A DNA stretch of 64,000 nucleotides from Haliotis rubra (taxonomy: Eukaryota). The position numbers and the translations under genes were made by a program. The DNA is taken from contig NW_025767723.1 in NCBI RefSeq assembly GCF_003918875.1, forward strand, positions 1,984,001 through 2,048,000. The letters are read 5' to 3'. Under the pieces are notes generated by a model that did not search any database, was not told where the DNA came from, and was given only the letters and a program-made list of their open reading frames with translations. Positions 61,692-64,000 of this stretch are shown here, piece by piece. Every line of letters begins with the position of its first letter. The first letter of the stretch is position 1.

Positions 61692-63430
61692 TGAAATCAG
61701 TACACAGTAACAAATTTCGCCATGTGTCCCGAAATGCTCATACAGTGTCAATTTCGTTGGAGCTCGTAACAGTGATAAATTTATATTCGGGTATGTGTTT
61801 TCGGACGACAATGTTTACTCGCGCTATAACGAGGAGTGTTGCATCACACAAACACTATAAATATTCCGATGATACCTTATTTTTAGGATAAGAAATGCGT
61901 TGTAAGATGTGGGAAGTTTTACAAATGTTCACGTAATTAGAAGACACCGAATGGTTTTTAAGCGTGTAAACTAACACCTAGTTACTTAAATGAACATATT
62001 TTTACAACAAAACAACGTTTTCGAAATTATGTTAATAAAATTCAATAAATTTAGCCCAGAGACTTTGGTAGTCTAGACAGGCGATACATGCTAGACTTGT
62101 ATGAGCTTCATTGGGTATACATGTATATATGACAGACTTTCAAGCGTCGGAAACTTCATAAATACGAGGATGCGACCGTGGCTGTGATGGAGATCCAACA
62201 GTTTAGTCAGGCGTGCGTGAAACAGACTTGACGACCCCGGGACTCTGTTCAGTATTCAGGACAATTTATCGGTGATACATAGCGATTAATTGCATGTCCA
62301 TATCGCCGTGAAAATCGTTTTCAATAGTTTCAATGAAGGCGTTTCTTGCCAATTCCGTATTGATAACATATTGTCCAATTGATCAGCGTGTCAAACCTTG
62401 TCAAGAAGTACCTTGTCGTTAATAACGCCTATCATAGCCACACAGAAAACAAAATGACCATGACACGCGTATTTTATAAATGTAAAAGTACATCTGACAA
62501 AACGTTTCTTGGGACCATATTGCTGGCAGATGTGACACGCCGATAAAGGGTTCACATTGTGGGGGTTGCTCCTATTGTCCGAGTAAGTGGACATTACGCA
62601 GAAAATCGATGCTCATTTTGTGGTCAAAACAATAGCCCTGACTAGCTTCATAATGAGACTCACTTGGTTATATCGATGTTCATTTCACGTAACTTGTCAG
62701 GTGATTGCAGGGGCGTGGCGGACATGTTCAATTCATTTCTCTTGTTAATATCCAAATAGTCCGAAACAGCTGGTTTAATGTAACTATCAATGACATTTCC
62801 TGTACCTCTTTCCGCCTTATGATTCCTTAGTAAATAGTCAAATTCACTGGATCAAAACATATAAAAATCAAGGCTATTCAAATTGAACTTTCAGGACAGA
62901 TGGTTCAGTCAAGCGTTTTCAATGACGTCTGTTTAACGAAATTATAGTAATTAACCAACGTTATTAAAGCCATTTACCCCAAATACTAATTTTAGTACTG
63001 GATCATAATGTAACAATTAATAGTTATAGTTAATACAATACTGGGTTTTGATACAATTAAACAATACAGATGAATGGACACAAATATGACACTACCAGTA
63101 AGGTTTGATCATTTGGTTTCGCATTATTAACCAACAAAATTACAGGCTTAACATTTCCTGCAAGCGTTCCCCTATCCAAATCATAGTCTAATTACAAATA
63201 AAGAGTATGTTTACAGATTTGTACTTGGATGTCGGGGTTATTTGCGTACAAACATTACTTTTTCTTTTGTGTACAAAGTTCACAACAAACAGCCCCCATT
63301 TCGTGACAGATAAAAGCGTTGCTGAAAGCGTCGAATTGAGTTGTACATAACATACGTCGTATCTATTTCTACGTTTATTTCAAGAATGTTGCTCCTTCAA
63401 ATGAAATAACATTTTTCAATATTTTTTCAG

Positions 63431-63514
63431 GGCGATGACGCCCGTTTGACGTCAATCCGAACTTATTCTAAATTTAGGGAGTTATTCGGAGACTATATGA
63501 TGAAAGGCTATTGA
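63431..63514 (+). CDS. Candidate terminal exon (GDDARLTSIRTYSKFRELFGDYMMKGY*)
   Basis: Strong acceptor tttttcaatattttttcag and a protein-like open frame to TGA. Confidence 0.35.
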   Translation, partial: GDDARLTSIRTYSKFRELFGDYMMKGY

Positions 63515-64000
63515 ATATGCAAAACATAGAAACTTATGTCAGCTATTTAAACACTGTGCACCTTTTCGTTTGTAGTCAATTGTGCCCGAACACGTTTCCG
63601 TACAATTGTGTCGGCTGAATATAGAAACATTTCAAATTTGCTAATTATTTCGCCGATCTTAAACATATCCTGTACATTCGAATTTTCCTGTTTTGCTAAA
63701 GTATTTGTAAGTGAAGCTCTCCGCTTTTCTCATCAATGTATTGCTATTCACAGAACTGTTAGCAACAAGTGAAGGATACGCCTCATCTGGGTGGCTCTGT
63801 TAACGGAAATGGCGTTTTGCTTTGCTCAAAGGATCACAGCTCTTGAATCACAAATATTGTTTTTTTTGTGAATCAGAAGTTCCGAAAGAATACGACATTA
63901 TTATTAACTTTAAATTACGAAGGAGTTTTAAAGGCATGGTTCATGTTTTGAATCCAATGGATATCTTTGCATTTCGAGAATAAGGATAGATTCATTCTTT

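Overview
This is an animal genomic window, probably gastropod and most likely abalone (Haliotis). That is inferred from the SINE families and their (ACTC)n tails, not proven. The sequence is AT-rich, mostly intronic or intergenic, and has two assembly gaps. I found no long intact ORF, CRISPR array, rRNA or true tRNA gene. Retroposons dominate: about 30 copies or fragments of a ~165-bp tRNA-headed SINE (family A); about 13 copies of a ~240-bp retroposon without a tRNA head (family B) that shares A's 3' tail but has a fixed 5' end able to fold as a compact double pseudoknot; one RUDI/V-SINE-like copy; and a decayed non-LTR RT element. DNA transposon material includes three Tc1 transposase remnants and several MITEs, among them a TAG...CTA family with 9-10-bp TSDs that fits non-autonomous AcademH. 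There are three large minisatellites (55-, 54/58- and 50-bp units). Scattered short exon candidates occur on both strands, but I cannot name a host gene. The best candidate for undescribed biology is the structured 5' RNA module of family B.
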